This document shows positions 14,001-26,308 of a DNA stretch of 64,000 bases, one piece after another. Both the position numbers and the translations under genes were made by a program. The stretch lies in NCBI GenBank assembly GCA_023213395.1, contig CM041465.1:163377741-163441740 (forward strand). The letters are read 5' to 3'. The notes under the pieces were generated by a model that had not been told where the DNA came from, did not search any database, and worked only from the letters and a program-made list of their open reading frames with translations. Every line of letters starts with the position of its first letter. Within the stretch, counting starts at the first letter, position 1. This DNA is from Cycas panzhihuaensis (lineage: Eukaryota > Plantae > Cycadophyta).

Positions 14001-14928
14001 AGAGCATGGTAGAAATCAATAAGTTAAAGGCTCAATTGGTTAGGACTTTTGATATGAAAGATTTAGGAGCTGCAAAATAAATCTTAGGCATGGAGATACA
14101 CAGAGACAGGAAAAGTGGTAAGCTATGGTTATCACAGCAGAAATATATGGAGAAGGTGCTAACCAGGTTTGCGATGGCAAATGTGAAACCAGTGAGTATC
14201 CCATTGGCTTCCCACTTCAAGCTTTCATCTAATATGAGTCCTAGTAGTAAAGAAGAAAAGGCTTATATGTCTCGTGTGCCTTATGCTAGTGCAGTAGGAA
14301 GTTTAATATATGCCATGGTATGTACAAGACCTGATATTTCACATGCAGTCGGTGTAGTTAGTAGGTTTATGGCAAATCCAGGAAAGGAACATTGGGCTGT
14401 AGTGAAATAGGTGCTTCAGTATCTAAGAGGCACTAGTGATTACTGCATCACCTTTGGAGGTACAGGTAATTAGGTTTGTGGATATGTCGATTCAGATTTT
14501 ACAGGAGATTTAGACAAAAGAAGGTCTACTTTAGGTTATGTTTTCACTCTTGCAAATGGTCCAATTAGTTAGATGTCCAAATTATAGAGCACAATTGCAC
14601 TGTCAACCATAGAAGCTAAATATATTGCTGCAGCACATGCTTGTAAAGAAGTAATTTGGTTACAAGGTCTATTGGTTGAGCTTGGAAGGAGACAGAAAAA
14701 TGTCAAGGTATTTGTGATAGTCAAAGTGCCATTTACCTAGCCAAGAATCTAGCTTATCACAGTAGAATAAAGCATATTACACTTAAGTACCATTTTGTTA
14801 GACATGTTGTAGAAGCAAGTGGAGTGGCACTTGAGAAGATTCACATCAATAAGAATTATGCTGATATATTCATGAAACCAGTACCATTAGAGAAGTTCAA
14901 ATGGTGTTTGACTTCTCTTGGCTTGTAG
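11014..14928 (+). pseudogene. gag-pol polyprotein, interrupted by stops and frameshifts
   Basis: Gag 'KFKVEKFNGKNNFELW', zinc knuckle CWHCNKTGHLKKDC, GAG-pre-integrase 'LWHQRLGHMSEKG', integrase 'FIDDYSRKVW..LRTDNGGEF', RT 'QLDIKITFLHGDL', 'YASAVGSLIYAMVCTRPDI', then RNase H. Confidence 0.95.
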
Positions 14929-14984
14929 AAAAGATGATGAAGGATCTAGGAAAGGTAGCGGGTAATTGTTGTTAAGGTGGAGAT

Positions 14985-15604
14985 TGTTGGGTATTATGAC
15001 AACAATTATAGGCCTAAAATTATGGCATGTTTTCAGTGTGGTTTCCCCCCCAAATCTTTCTTGGGGGGTTCCAAGGCGAGCCCCCTTGGCCGAGGTGCGA
15101 GGGGTGGGCGCCCCTGCTAGGAGGGGGTTCAGGGGCAATAGCCTCTGACCCAAAAAATTGACCATGTAAACCTTATCAAAGTGTAAAGAGAATCAGGGTC
15201 ATTCAATAAAAATACCCTAGATTCTACGGTTGAGATTTAGGTCTTAGATGTCCTCTCATGTAGCATGTTTTAGGGCTTTTCTTATTATGTTATAATGTTG
15301 TGCAATGTGCTATAAAGAGGGCGGCGGTTAATTGTTGTTCTAGAGAGCACTCTGTATCTGTGATGTACTGTTTCTCTATTCTGCAGTAATAAAGATTGAT
15401 ACCTTTCTTGTGTGGATGTTTTCCTAGCACACTGCTAGGGCTTTACCACGTTATATCAGGTGCACATGTGATGTTTGGCTTTCATTGTCTTGTTATTGTA
15501 TAATCTTTGATTTTAGAACTTGCATGTAATTTTATGTTTCTATTTTTGTAACTAGTTGTAAGAAAGTAATAGATCTTAGAGGGTTGGACCTTCTATTCTC
15601 AACA
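14985..15604 (+). repeat. 3' LTR of the Tork-like copia element
   Basis: Direct repeat of 10302-10943, preceded by the PPT. Confidence 0.97.
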
Positions 15605-16600
15605 ACAATTACTTCCTTTTTTTACTATGACTTTTTATAAATTTTATCTACAACTTTTATTTTACAGGTTGTAATATTTCCATTCTTAGTTGTAACTACC
15701 TACTTTTTTTGTTACAACTATCTACTATTACAACTTCCTATATTTTTAGTTGCAACTATTGTCTTCTTGATTATAACTATTTTTGGCTAAGGTTATAACT
15801 TTTATCCTCTTATTTACATCTTGAGTCACAATCACTTGCTTTTAAAGTTAAAACCTTTTGCTTCTTAAATTGTAACTTTGGTCTTCTTAGTTGTTAGTAT
15901 TGATATCCTAGGTTGCAACCACTTGATTTCCAAGTTACAACCTAAGTTACAACAACTAACTCTAGGTTATAACCTCGTATATTACTAGTTGTAATTATTG
16001 CTTCCCAAGTTACAACCTATTGTATTTTAATTTGTAACTATTGCTTCCTAATTTGTAACCTTTTGCATCCCAGTTTGCAACCATTGCTTCCTTGGTTATA
16101 ACCTTCTACATCCTAAGAAGTATTTCTTCGTAGGTTGTAACCCTTTGCATCTTAAGCTACAACTATTACTTCTCTAGTTATAACCTTTTTCATCCTAGAT
16201 TGTAATTGTTGCTTCTTGAGTTACAACCTTCTATGTCTTAGGTTGCAATTGTTGCTTCTCAAGTTGCAACCTTCTATGTATTAGATTGCAACTACTACTT
16301 CCCAGGTTACAATTTTCTGCATCCTAAGTTATAACTGCTACTTCCCTGATTGCAACCTTCTACATGCTAGGTTATAACTGATGCTTCCTAGGTTGCAACC
16401 TTCTATATCCCAAGTTGTAACCACTGCTTCCTAGGTTACAACCTTATGCATCCTAGGTTACAACCACTACTTCCCTAGTTATAACCTCTTGTATCCCAAG
16501 TTATAATCACTCCTTCTTAGGTTGTAACCCCCTATGTCCTAGGGTGCAACTACTATTTTTTAGGTTACAACCCTCTATGTCATAGGTTGAAACCACTATT
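15605..16600. repeat. Tandem array of alternating 22/21-bp units (43-bp dimer), each starting with the palindrome GGTTGCAACC
   Basis: For example, from 16391: GGTTGCAACCTTCTATATCCCA / AGTTGTAACCACTGCTTCCTA / GGTTACAACCTTATGCATCCTA. About 40 units, most regular at 15965-16600. Degenerate units also occur at ~10250-10301, on the other side of the copia insertion. Confidence 0.9.
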
Positions 16601-16759
16601 TAAGAAAAAATTTTATATTTCTCCTTATTAAAGAATATATACTCCCATGGTTTCTGCCCTCCCCTCTCCCCTCCCTTTTTATTTTGGCTTATTATATATA
16701 ATTTTAGTCGACTTCTATTAACTAGTTTTTCAAGTAATATTCCATCAAGTTATTGGAGT

Positions 16760-19700
16760 TATACTGCTCCATTAGATCTAATACAATTTACCTTATACAG
16801 ACCAAGCCATTACAACTTTAATTTTCTTAGCTTTATATGAAATTCTTTGTTATACAAAAGTACAAGAACTCCTTCTTAGAACTAAAATACTTTGAGATGT
16901 TGATTGTGTCGTGCTTTACATCTTTGTTTCTCTACTTTTAATTCCCATAAAGCCTTAGTTCTTTTCTTGTTCATTCTTATTAATTTAATGAGTTGTTGCT
17001 CCCTTGAGTCTTCGTCTGGTAGTTTCAACTATAGGGCCATCCTTAGGCTTTCTATTTAGAATTCATAAGGAAGTACTACTTATAGTCTATAAACTAATTA
17101 GAATAGTGTTTGTTTATGTGGTCTTTTTACCATTATTATATCTACCCACAATATCAAATGGAGTTGCTCTGCCCATTCTATTCTTCCTTCATTATAGATT
17201 TTGGATAATGCTAATTTAAAATTTTATTCATGCTTTCCAATTATCCATTTACTTAAGGGTAATCTAGAGAGAATTTAGAATGTTGAATCATGAATTTCTT
17301 TATAAGATACTTCAATGTCTTGTTCAAAAAATTGTTTCCTTGATTAGAAACAATTTCTAAGGGACAACCAAATCAAATGATGATCATTTCATATAAAAAT
17401 TGAGTTATATTTTAGGCATCACACATTTTCATTAGTTTTTCTTTAGTCCATTTTATTAAGAAGTTTGTAGCCACCAAAATATATCTTGTGTTTATTTGTT
17501 TGGTTGGTAGACTAATGGGTTTGATAAAATCTAGTCCCCAATTTTTAAATGGTGTATAGGCTAGAATGGGATGTAAAGACATTAAATGATTCTTTATTGG
17601 TTTCCTAATTAGTTAGTATGCATCACACTTGTGAACCCATTTTTCTACATCCTAAAATAGTATGGCCACCAAAGTCTAACTAATAATTTTTTTTAGTTAT
17701 GGGTTTGCCACCTTGATGCTTTGTTACGAGACCTTCATAGGTTTCTCTAATGATAACTTCTACCTTATGTTCCATTATACATTGCCTCAACACATGGTCT
17801 GGTCTTAATTTATATAGCATCCATTAAATCAATTAGAAAATAAAAGATTTTAAAATAAAACTTTATTGTTCTACTTGTTCCATGCCTAATGGTGTTTGTC
17901 CTATAGATAGATACTATGTAATCTCTTCATACCATTTAGGTATTGCTTCAATAGAGAATAATTCTACATCTAGAAAATCATCATAGATTCCTATGGTCAG
18001 TTCTCCTTCTACATCTATTGATGATAAGTCTGGGATTATAAGCTTATCTCCTCTTTTCATCATAAGTTTAAAGTTAAACTCTTGAAATAACATTAGCCAT
18101 CAATTGATTCTTCCTTATAAAATGGGTTTGTTAGTCAGGTATTACAAGGCTTGGTGGTCTATAAAAAAAATAAATGGATTAGCTAATAAGTAATTCCTAA
18201 ATTTTTGAAGGGTATAGATCATACCTAAGCCTTCTCATTCTATCACTGAGTAATTTTATTTTGCTTCTGTTAATTTGTGACTTGCAAAGTATATCAATAG
18301 ATCTACTTTATTATCTTTTGGTTATTTTAATACATACCTAATAGTAAGTAAAGAGGTACATATATGTACATAGAATGGTTTGTCCCAATTAGAAAATCAC
18401 AGTACTGGTGCCTAACTAATCTTCTTCTTTAAAAGCTCAAATGCAAGCTGCTGTTATAACTTCCATTGCCGTGTAGCTTTCTTTTTTAGCATGGCTTCCA
18501 AGGAATTAACTATCTGGGCATAAATTTTTATAAACTTTTGATAATATCTCATCATTCTTAAGAATCCCTAAACCTATTTCTATGTTTTAGGTATAGGAAA
18601 GTTCAAGATTATAACTACTTTGTTGGAGTCTATAAGTAATCTATTTTTTGAAACCACATGACCCAACAATGTCCCAAAGGAAATTATGAATGTATACTTT
18701 GTAGGATTTAAATATAATTTACTCTTTCTGTAGGTTTTAATTGTTAAATGTAACTAACCAAGATTATTTTTAACAAAGTGAATAACATCTAATCATCTAT
18801 GAATACCTCAATCATTTTCCTAATAATTTGATTAAAAATATTGAGAATCACTCTTTGAAATATAGCTAGAGCATTGGTTAGTCTGAACAACTTAACTCTA
18901 AATGCATATGTACCTTATTCTATAATAAAGCTTGTCTTTAGTTGGTCTTTAGTCGCAATCCACACTTGATTATATCTGTTGAATCCATCTATGAATGAAT
19001 AAACTTTATACTCTATAACTTTTTTACAAAATATCTTTAGTGAATAGAATCGAGAACGGGTATTTCTTTATTGCTTTATTTAGAGCTTTGCAATCCACAG
19101 AGACTCTAAGTTTCCCATTCCTTTTTGGAAAGACTACAACTTGACTCATCCATTCACTATTTTCTACCTCAAAAATATAGTTTGCTTCAAGCAACTTATT
19201 GAGTTCCACTTTAACTTTTTCTTTATATTTTAGATTTATATGGTATGGTCGTTGCCTTATAGGTCTGACCCCTAATTTAGGCAAAATACCTTTTAAATCT
19301 TTATAAGACTATGGAAAAAAATGTTTATATTCTAAAAAATGATAAGCTAGCTTATTGTACCATCTCTACACCCAATAATGTCCCAAATTAAAAATTTATA
19401 GTTGTTCCTTTATTTTAATATCAATTTCTTATAATTTAAGTTTTTTCCCTTCTATTGTTTTATCATTTGGACTCACCTTATATGCTAGAGTGTCATCTAT
19501 AATACATTCCCCATATTCTACAATGGAGTAGCCATGGGCAAAAGTTTGATTCTCTTGTTCTCTATTTATGTGAAAGTAATTCTTTTCTTATTCCACAATT
19601 TTTTCTTTAAAATTTTGTAGAATTTCTTTAATTTATTTATCTTTATTATGGTATGCAAAAGTTTGCTAAATATTCTAGATCATTATATCCCAATTTACTA

Positions 19701-22700
19701 ACTTTTCTTTTTTATAATGATTATACTAGACTGCAAAAATTCCTTTAAACATTGGTCCTCATCACTATGCCCATTCCTTTTTTGGGATTTTATTAGTTAT
19801 CCATGACCAGACATAATTTTGCACATGTAGATAAGGATCATCTCCATTCTAGAATGAAAGCAATTCATGCAATTAGAATCTGTTTAAATATTTTCTACTT
19901 ATCTATTCCTAAGAATCAAATTCATATATAGTATACCATAATCTTGCTTAAGCTACCAAAGAACATGGAAATACAAGATACCAAGGTTGTTGTTGCCATT
20001 TATTTTTTATTATAGCAATATATTTTTTCAAATGTTTTTATGCTTACTATAAACAACCATCATATTTGGGAAATTCATAAATTATTTTAGCACAAATTAA
20101 TATTTTTTATATTATTCTTTCTATTTACAATAATTTTGGTTGCACCTCATACTTTTCTTTATCTTCTAAATAATCTATATATAATTCTAAATGGTAATAA
20201 GAAGGCAATTCTTCTTCTTCCCAAGCATTATGGAGCTAGTTTAACATATAAGAGGATGAAGGGCTACTTGGTAAAACTAGTTATATTTGGAATGCAGTTT
20301 CTGAATAGGGGATGACTGTTAATTTTAATGTGGCTATAGTGGATGTTGCTTTTCCTTCATCTTTGATTTTTTCTATCTGTGGTCCATCTAAGCATAAAGG
20401 AAAAGTCATTATCTTCTTTCCTACTGGAAATGTGAATGTATGCTTTTCCCAATCTTGCATAGCTTTTTTGGATAAAAACTAAGGCCTCCCCAACAAGGTT
20501 GGATAAGTCTTTCTTTGATCTTACATTCATAACATTATAAAATCTAATAATACTATAACATCTACAACTATTACTAGAACATTCAATAATATACCCATGG
20601 GCCTTACTTGAAGTTGATTGGCCAATCTAACTGAATAATTAGGGGCAACTACATTGGGTCTTCCCAAAGTTATCCAAGAAGATTTTGGTAGCACATTTAT
20701 CCCTGACCCTCCATCCACAATCGTTTTACATAAAGTTATTCCAAAAACTATTATGGAAACTCTTAGATATACTCTAGTATCTTTAATGGTATTTAGTACT
20801 AGTTTTTCATTCTGTTCCAATACTAATTGTTGAAAATAACCTACTTCCTACCATTCAAAAATAACTAATATAGGAATTAAAACTCCTAATTCAGTAAGCA
20901 TGTCTTTTACCATTTGTAACCTTTTCCAAGGATTTGTATCTTTTTATGTTACTTATGTTTGTGTTGTTCTCCTTTTATAGTGCAAGCCTTTAATTCTTTA
21001 TTATTATTGGAATTCTTCTGCTTGTGCTTCTCTCATGGCTTCTTGAAGAATTTCACTGCTTCTTGTAACCATTATTTTTTAACTTTTGGATTTGAAAAAT
21101 TATCTTGAGGATGAGGTCCTCTTATTCTGCCACTATGTGTTTACAAATATGCAGGCTTTTCTTGATCTAAAACCATGTCCACTAAATTTACATTTTGGAT
21201 TTTATTATTATTTGGATAATTTTCCCATTCGTGATCTGCTAGTCCATATTTCTCAAAAATAAATTCTGCTCTATTTATCTCTATTGGATATTTATATCTA
21301 TAATATCCCCATCTTTGATATAAGAAATAATGAATTGACCTTATTTTCCCTTTGTATTGCTTTGTTGTTCTACATTCTATTTTTTATGAATGTATGTTAT
21401 AAACTTCTTCTTCATTGTTCTTCAGTCTAAAATAACATTCCTACATATTATGGTTATTTCTTTGATAATTATCACACCATTTCGTAGATACTCCATGTTC
21501 ATTCTTTAGGTGCCCTTATTGATTGTAAGGCAAGGGACACTAAATATTTTCCCTTGATTTTTATAATCATAGACGAGATAATTTTGTTGCATATTAACTA
21601 GAACAAAAGCTAGTGGTTGTTGTTTTAATGCTTCTACATCTTTCTTTAATGCTTTAATCTCTGGGTTGGTAGCCATCTATGGTGTTTATATAGGCTCTGT
21701 TCTAATGTTCATTATTAGAAGATACATTGATGATTTCATTGCCATTTGGGAGTAGGATGACTTCATTTGATTTTTAAACTTCAAAGCTAACTCCTTGACC
21801 TGCTCATAACTATTCATTGAATGTAGTATTACCTTATCTCTAAGTTGTGGTATTAGCCCTTGCATAAAGTATTTCATTACTAACATGAGATTTATTACCA
21901 TCGAAGATTACATTTCATTCATAATAACTCTAATTCTTCCATCAAAACCATTGACAAATTCCCTATGATATTTTTGAATCTCCTTCAAAGCCTATGAAAT
22001 GGTTATTAGATCCCTCAGCTTTTGGAATTCAAAAATTGTTCTTATAATTGATCCCAATTTGGCTATTGTGCTATTACATATTGAAACCATGTAATGACTG
22101 GCCCTCTTAATGTTAAAAAAAAAAAGGGCTTTTATTTCTCCTTAATCTATAATTCTTTTAATCTAGATCATATTTTTAAATAGAGCTAAATGGTCATCTA
22201 GCTTTGTAGTTTAGTCAAATTGTAGGCTTGAAAACATCGAGTTACTTTGTATAATGATGTAAGGGGTTGTAACTCCGTAATTTACTCCATCTAATACCTT
22301 GCTTTGTCCTCCTATGGGTGGTGTATTACTACCTATTGTTCCTCATGTACTGCTACCTAGACTTTCCATTAGTAGCCTAAAAAGAGGATTTATTCTATAA
22401 ACCAGAGTTTGAATTTCTAGTAAGTGATGATTCAAGGCTTGTTCAATGGCACTATATATTCTTAATTTGATAGAATTTTCCTTTAGCACTAGTGTTTCTT
22501 CTTTTCATAAATTTTCTTCTTTAATGGAATCTTGTTGGCTTCTTCTTTCCACATATGTTGCTTGCGTTGGTTTCTCCTTCGTGGGTTTCTCTTCTATTAA
22601 ACATATCTAATCATTTTTATCTTCTACCTGTACTTCAGTTATGCTTAGGTTTTGTTCCTTCACCTTGTCATTATTTCTCAACTTTTTTCTCTCTATCAAG

Positions 22701-22702
22701 TG
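16760..22702 (-). mobile_element. Decayed Ty3/gypsy (non-chromoviral, no extra RNase H seen) gag-pol; 5' part cut by a copia insertion
   Basis: Gag 'YFMQGLIPQLRDKV' (21686-21901), protease 'IVDGGSGINVLP' (20527-20820), RT 'RQRPYHINLKYKEKVKVEL' (19024-19284), RNase H ~18050-18400, integrase ~16800-17850. Confidence 0.9.
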
Positions 22703-25700
22703 TGTAAATGGCCACCTTTTTAAGGATGCAGAGGTGCAAAGTGGGACTACAATGGTGAGAGCATGTTCGCTTGAGTTAACATAATCCAACGATTAGTGGG
22801 TAGTGTTAAAAAACACTAGGGAGGTATTCCCACCCCATTTATAGATTATTTGGGGAGGCAGCAAGAGCCTCAACTCGATCTGCATATATTCCAAATATAT
22901 TTTAAATTAATATTTAAAAATAATAAGAATAATAAATCAATGCATACCTTAAGGATAATGTGTCAGTATTCAATGGCTCTACGAGGCTGATATGCAGATC
23001 TAGGTGTCTTAGGGAGTCCCAAAGGTGGCTTTGAGGGGTCCTAGGTGCAAAACTTCATAGGCACATTGGGGGTTATCCTAACATTCTCTTCTATAATGCT
23101 TAATGTAAACAACTCCCAAGCTTTCTCTAAATTTTTAGAATTTGACTTTGCCCAATGCCTTTATAAATATATCTATTGTTTAGTCTTTAGCGCTATAATA
23201 GGCTAATTCAATTTTTTCTGCTTGTACTAGTTCTTAAATAAAATGATGTTGAGTCATAATATATTTTGTTCTACCATGGAAGATTGGATTCTTTTCTATT
23301 TGGATAATACTCTGATTGTCACACTAAATTCTAGTGGGACCTTTTTGTTTAAGCTGGAAATCTTGTGTTAGTCTTCTCAACCAAACTAATTCACATGCAC
23401 CTGCTACTATTGCTTTGTATTCTAATTCCATTATAGGTAAGGAAATTATGTTTTGATTCTTTATACTCCATGTTATTGCTGTTGATCCCATACTAAATAT
23501 ATAACCTATTATAGATTTTCTGTCATCAATATCTCCTGCCCAATCTGAGTCTATATAGCCAGTCAACTGAAATTTTGGAGAAGCTTTATAGTATAGCCCA
23601 TAATCTAGAGTTCCTTTGAGATATTGAAGGATTCTCTTAGCTGCTTGCCAATGAGGTGTTTGGATCTTGCATAAACCCAGACACAACACTAACTAAGTGT
23701 GTTATATCTAATCGAGTAGACATCAAATATATCAAACTGCCAATAAGTTGTCTATAAAGTATTGGGTCAACTGATATAGACTCATATATCTTAGACAGCT
23801 TAATTCCTATTTCAACTGGGGTTGCCAATGGTTTATAATCTATCATTCTAAACTTTTGTAATAAATCCAAAGTATATTTCTATTGAGAAATGAAAATGCC
23901 CTTCTTGTCTTATCAAACTTCCAAACCTAGGAAGTAATGTATAAGCCCTAAATCTGTCATCTCAAATTCTTTGCACATAGCATCTTTGAATTGACACAAT
24001 AGGTAGGAGTCATTTCTAGTATATAGAAGGCCATCCGCATAAAGTAATACAATTAGGATTGAATTTCCCTTGATTTGAATATATAGGATATGATCTTCTT
24101 GAGATCTTTTAAATCCTTGATCTCTAAAATATTTATCTATATGTGAGTGCCAAGCCTTAGGTGCTTATTTTAAACCATAGAGTGTCTTTTTCAGTTTATA
24201 CACTTTGTTTTCTTCCTCCTTGACTTTAAAACTAAGGGGTTGAGTTACATAAATATCTTCTTTGATGTAGTCATTGAGGAAGCCACTTTTAACATCAATT
24301 TGGTAAACTTTCCAACCCATTTGGGTTACTAGACTCATCATCATCCTAACCGATTCTATCCGAGGAACATGGGAAAAAGTTTTAGTATAGTCAATGCCTT
24401 CTTTTTGAGTAAACCCCTTAGCAACCAACATAGCCTTGTATTTGTCAATGAAGCCATCTAAGTAAAACTTGGTATTGTAGATCCATTTGGTACCAATAGT
24501 CTTTTTCTTTGGAGGTAAATCAACTAGCTCCTATGTGTCATTCTTAACAATACAGTTATATTCATCTTCCATTATTTTTTGCCAAAATTCATGTTGATTG
24601 GCCTTGTCAAAGTTTTGAGGTTCATGAGTCTCCAATACTTTACTTATGAGGGCAAAATTAACCCTATGTGAGCGTGTGGATCTACGATTATTATCCAAGA
24701 TGTTACCCAAGTCATGATTTCAATGAACCCATTTTGATAGATTTTGTGGTGGAGGTTGAGAGGGAGTTCCTTCCCCACTAGGTTCATTGATGCTTCTCCT
24801 AGAATCAAATATAGGAGGCACATATTTAGTTTTGGATGATGTATCAAACTTTATTACAACTTCCATTTTCTTTTCTTGAGTGTCTTGATAGTAGGCATCC
24901 TCTTGGAATTTAACATCCCTACTTAACACGACCCTTTTTTATTTGGAGTCATAAACTTTGTATGACTTGGATGTTTTACTATAACCAAGAAAAATATATT
25001 TGACGCTATGATCATCTATCTTGGATCTTCGTTGATCAAGAATATAAGCATAGACAAGGCATCTGAATGCTCTAAGATGATGTATACTTGATTTGTAATT
25101 AGTCTAAGCTTTTTTTGGAGTTTTCCACCTAAGGGCTTTGGTGGAGCACCTATTGAGCAAATAAACAGTCATATGTATTACTTCAGCCTAAAACTCATGT
25201 CCCAAATTCTTGTCCTTAAGCATACACTTAGCCATTTTGACTATAGTGTAATTTTTCCTCTCTGCTACACTATTTTGTTGTGAGGTGTAGGGATTAGTAA
25301 ACTATCTTCTAATTCCATGGTGTATACAATAATACTTGAATGCATTAGAGATAAATTCTCCCCTATTATCTAATCTTAGGGATAGTAATTTGTATCTACT
25401 TTATCACTCCATAAAGGTTTTGAAGTCAACAAAGTGTTGGAAGGTATCTAATTTGTATTTGAGGAAGAATACCCATGTCTTCCTTATGAAATCATCTATG
25501 AATGTGATGAAGTAACTAGTGCCTACTAGTGAGAGAATGTTCATAGGACTCCAAATATTTGTATATACCAATTGGAGTGGACCCAATGCTCGATGACTAA
25601 AATCTGGAAAACTTTCCCTATGGTGTTTGCCAAGAAGACATCGTTCACATAAGTTTTTGTTCACCTTAATATGTGGTAATTAATTGACCATATCCATCCA

Positions 25701-25967
25701 CTTCATAAGGGCCAAACTATTGTAATTGAGATGGATAAATCTACTATGCTACAATTTGCTATCCAATTTAGTTGAAGTTCTTAAAGTATATGTATCTGAA
25801 GGAGTAAGAATAAGTCTGAACAATCAATCCTTGGTCATTTTTCCTTTGGAAACTATAACTTTGTTTCTCCTTTTATCTTTAATCACATACTCATCATTGT
25901 TAAAGATAACTTTGTAGTCCTATTCCATCATCTACCCTACAGATAATAAGTTTTTCTTTAGAGTTGG

Positions 25968-26308
25968 TGGACCATTCCTTCTTAGAAATCTGGGCTTGTA
26001 GGAGTGATAATTAGTAGAAAATAAAGCCAAATAACACGAGTGCGCAAGTAGATCACAGAAAATAAATCACCAAAATGAGTACTGAAGTACTTTCTCCTTT
26101 CAAGATATCATACTTAATAACATTATGACTGATTTAACCCTTTAAATACACAAGTAAGGGTCTTCATTCTTAATGATTCTATTGGTGGCCCTAGCGGCCT
26201 TACATCTTATTGGACGGATTAACGGTCCATATACATAACTTACTAAACCCCTTAATCCTTACTTGTTGGTGGTTCACACTTACTAAGGAAACGTGGGGTT
26301 ATGTTACA
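25968..26308 (-). repeat. 3' LTR of the chromovirus
   Basis: Direct repeat of 32102-32442; about 28 substitutions in 341 bp by hand count. Confidence 0.95.

Larger units (their letters stand above)
10302..15604 (+). mobile_element. Full-length Ty1/copia element (Tnt1/Tork-like) with TSD ACAAT
   Basis: TG..CA LTRs at 10302-10943 and 14985-15604; TSD ACAAT at 10297-10301 and 15605-15609; PBS TGGTATTAGAGC at 10946-10957; PPT AAGGTGGAGAT at 14974-14984; complete gag-PR-INT-RT-RH order. Confidence 0.97.

Noticed and set aside
15605-16600. CRISPR-like array of palindromic repeats
   Set aside because: The spacers are only 11-12 bp and themselves repeat in alternation, there are no cas genes, and the context is eukaryotic TE sequence.
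15965-16600. Heptad (7-aa) coiled-coil coding repeat
   Set aside because: The units alternate 22 and 21 bp, so the frame shifts every dimer.
16655-16682. PPT of the minus-strand gypsy element
   Set aside because: The tract is purine-rich on minus but is not directly followed by TG, and no partner LTR was found.
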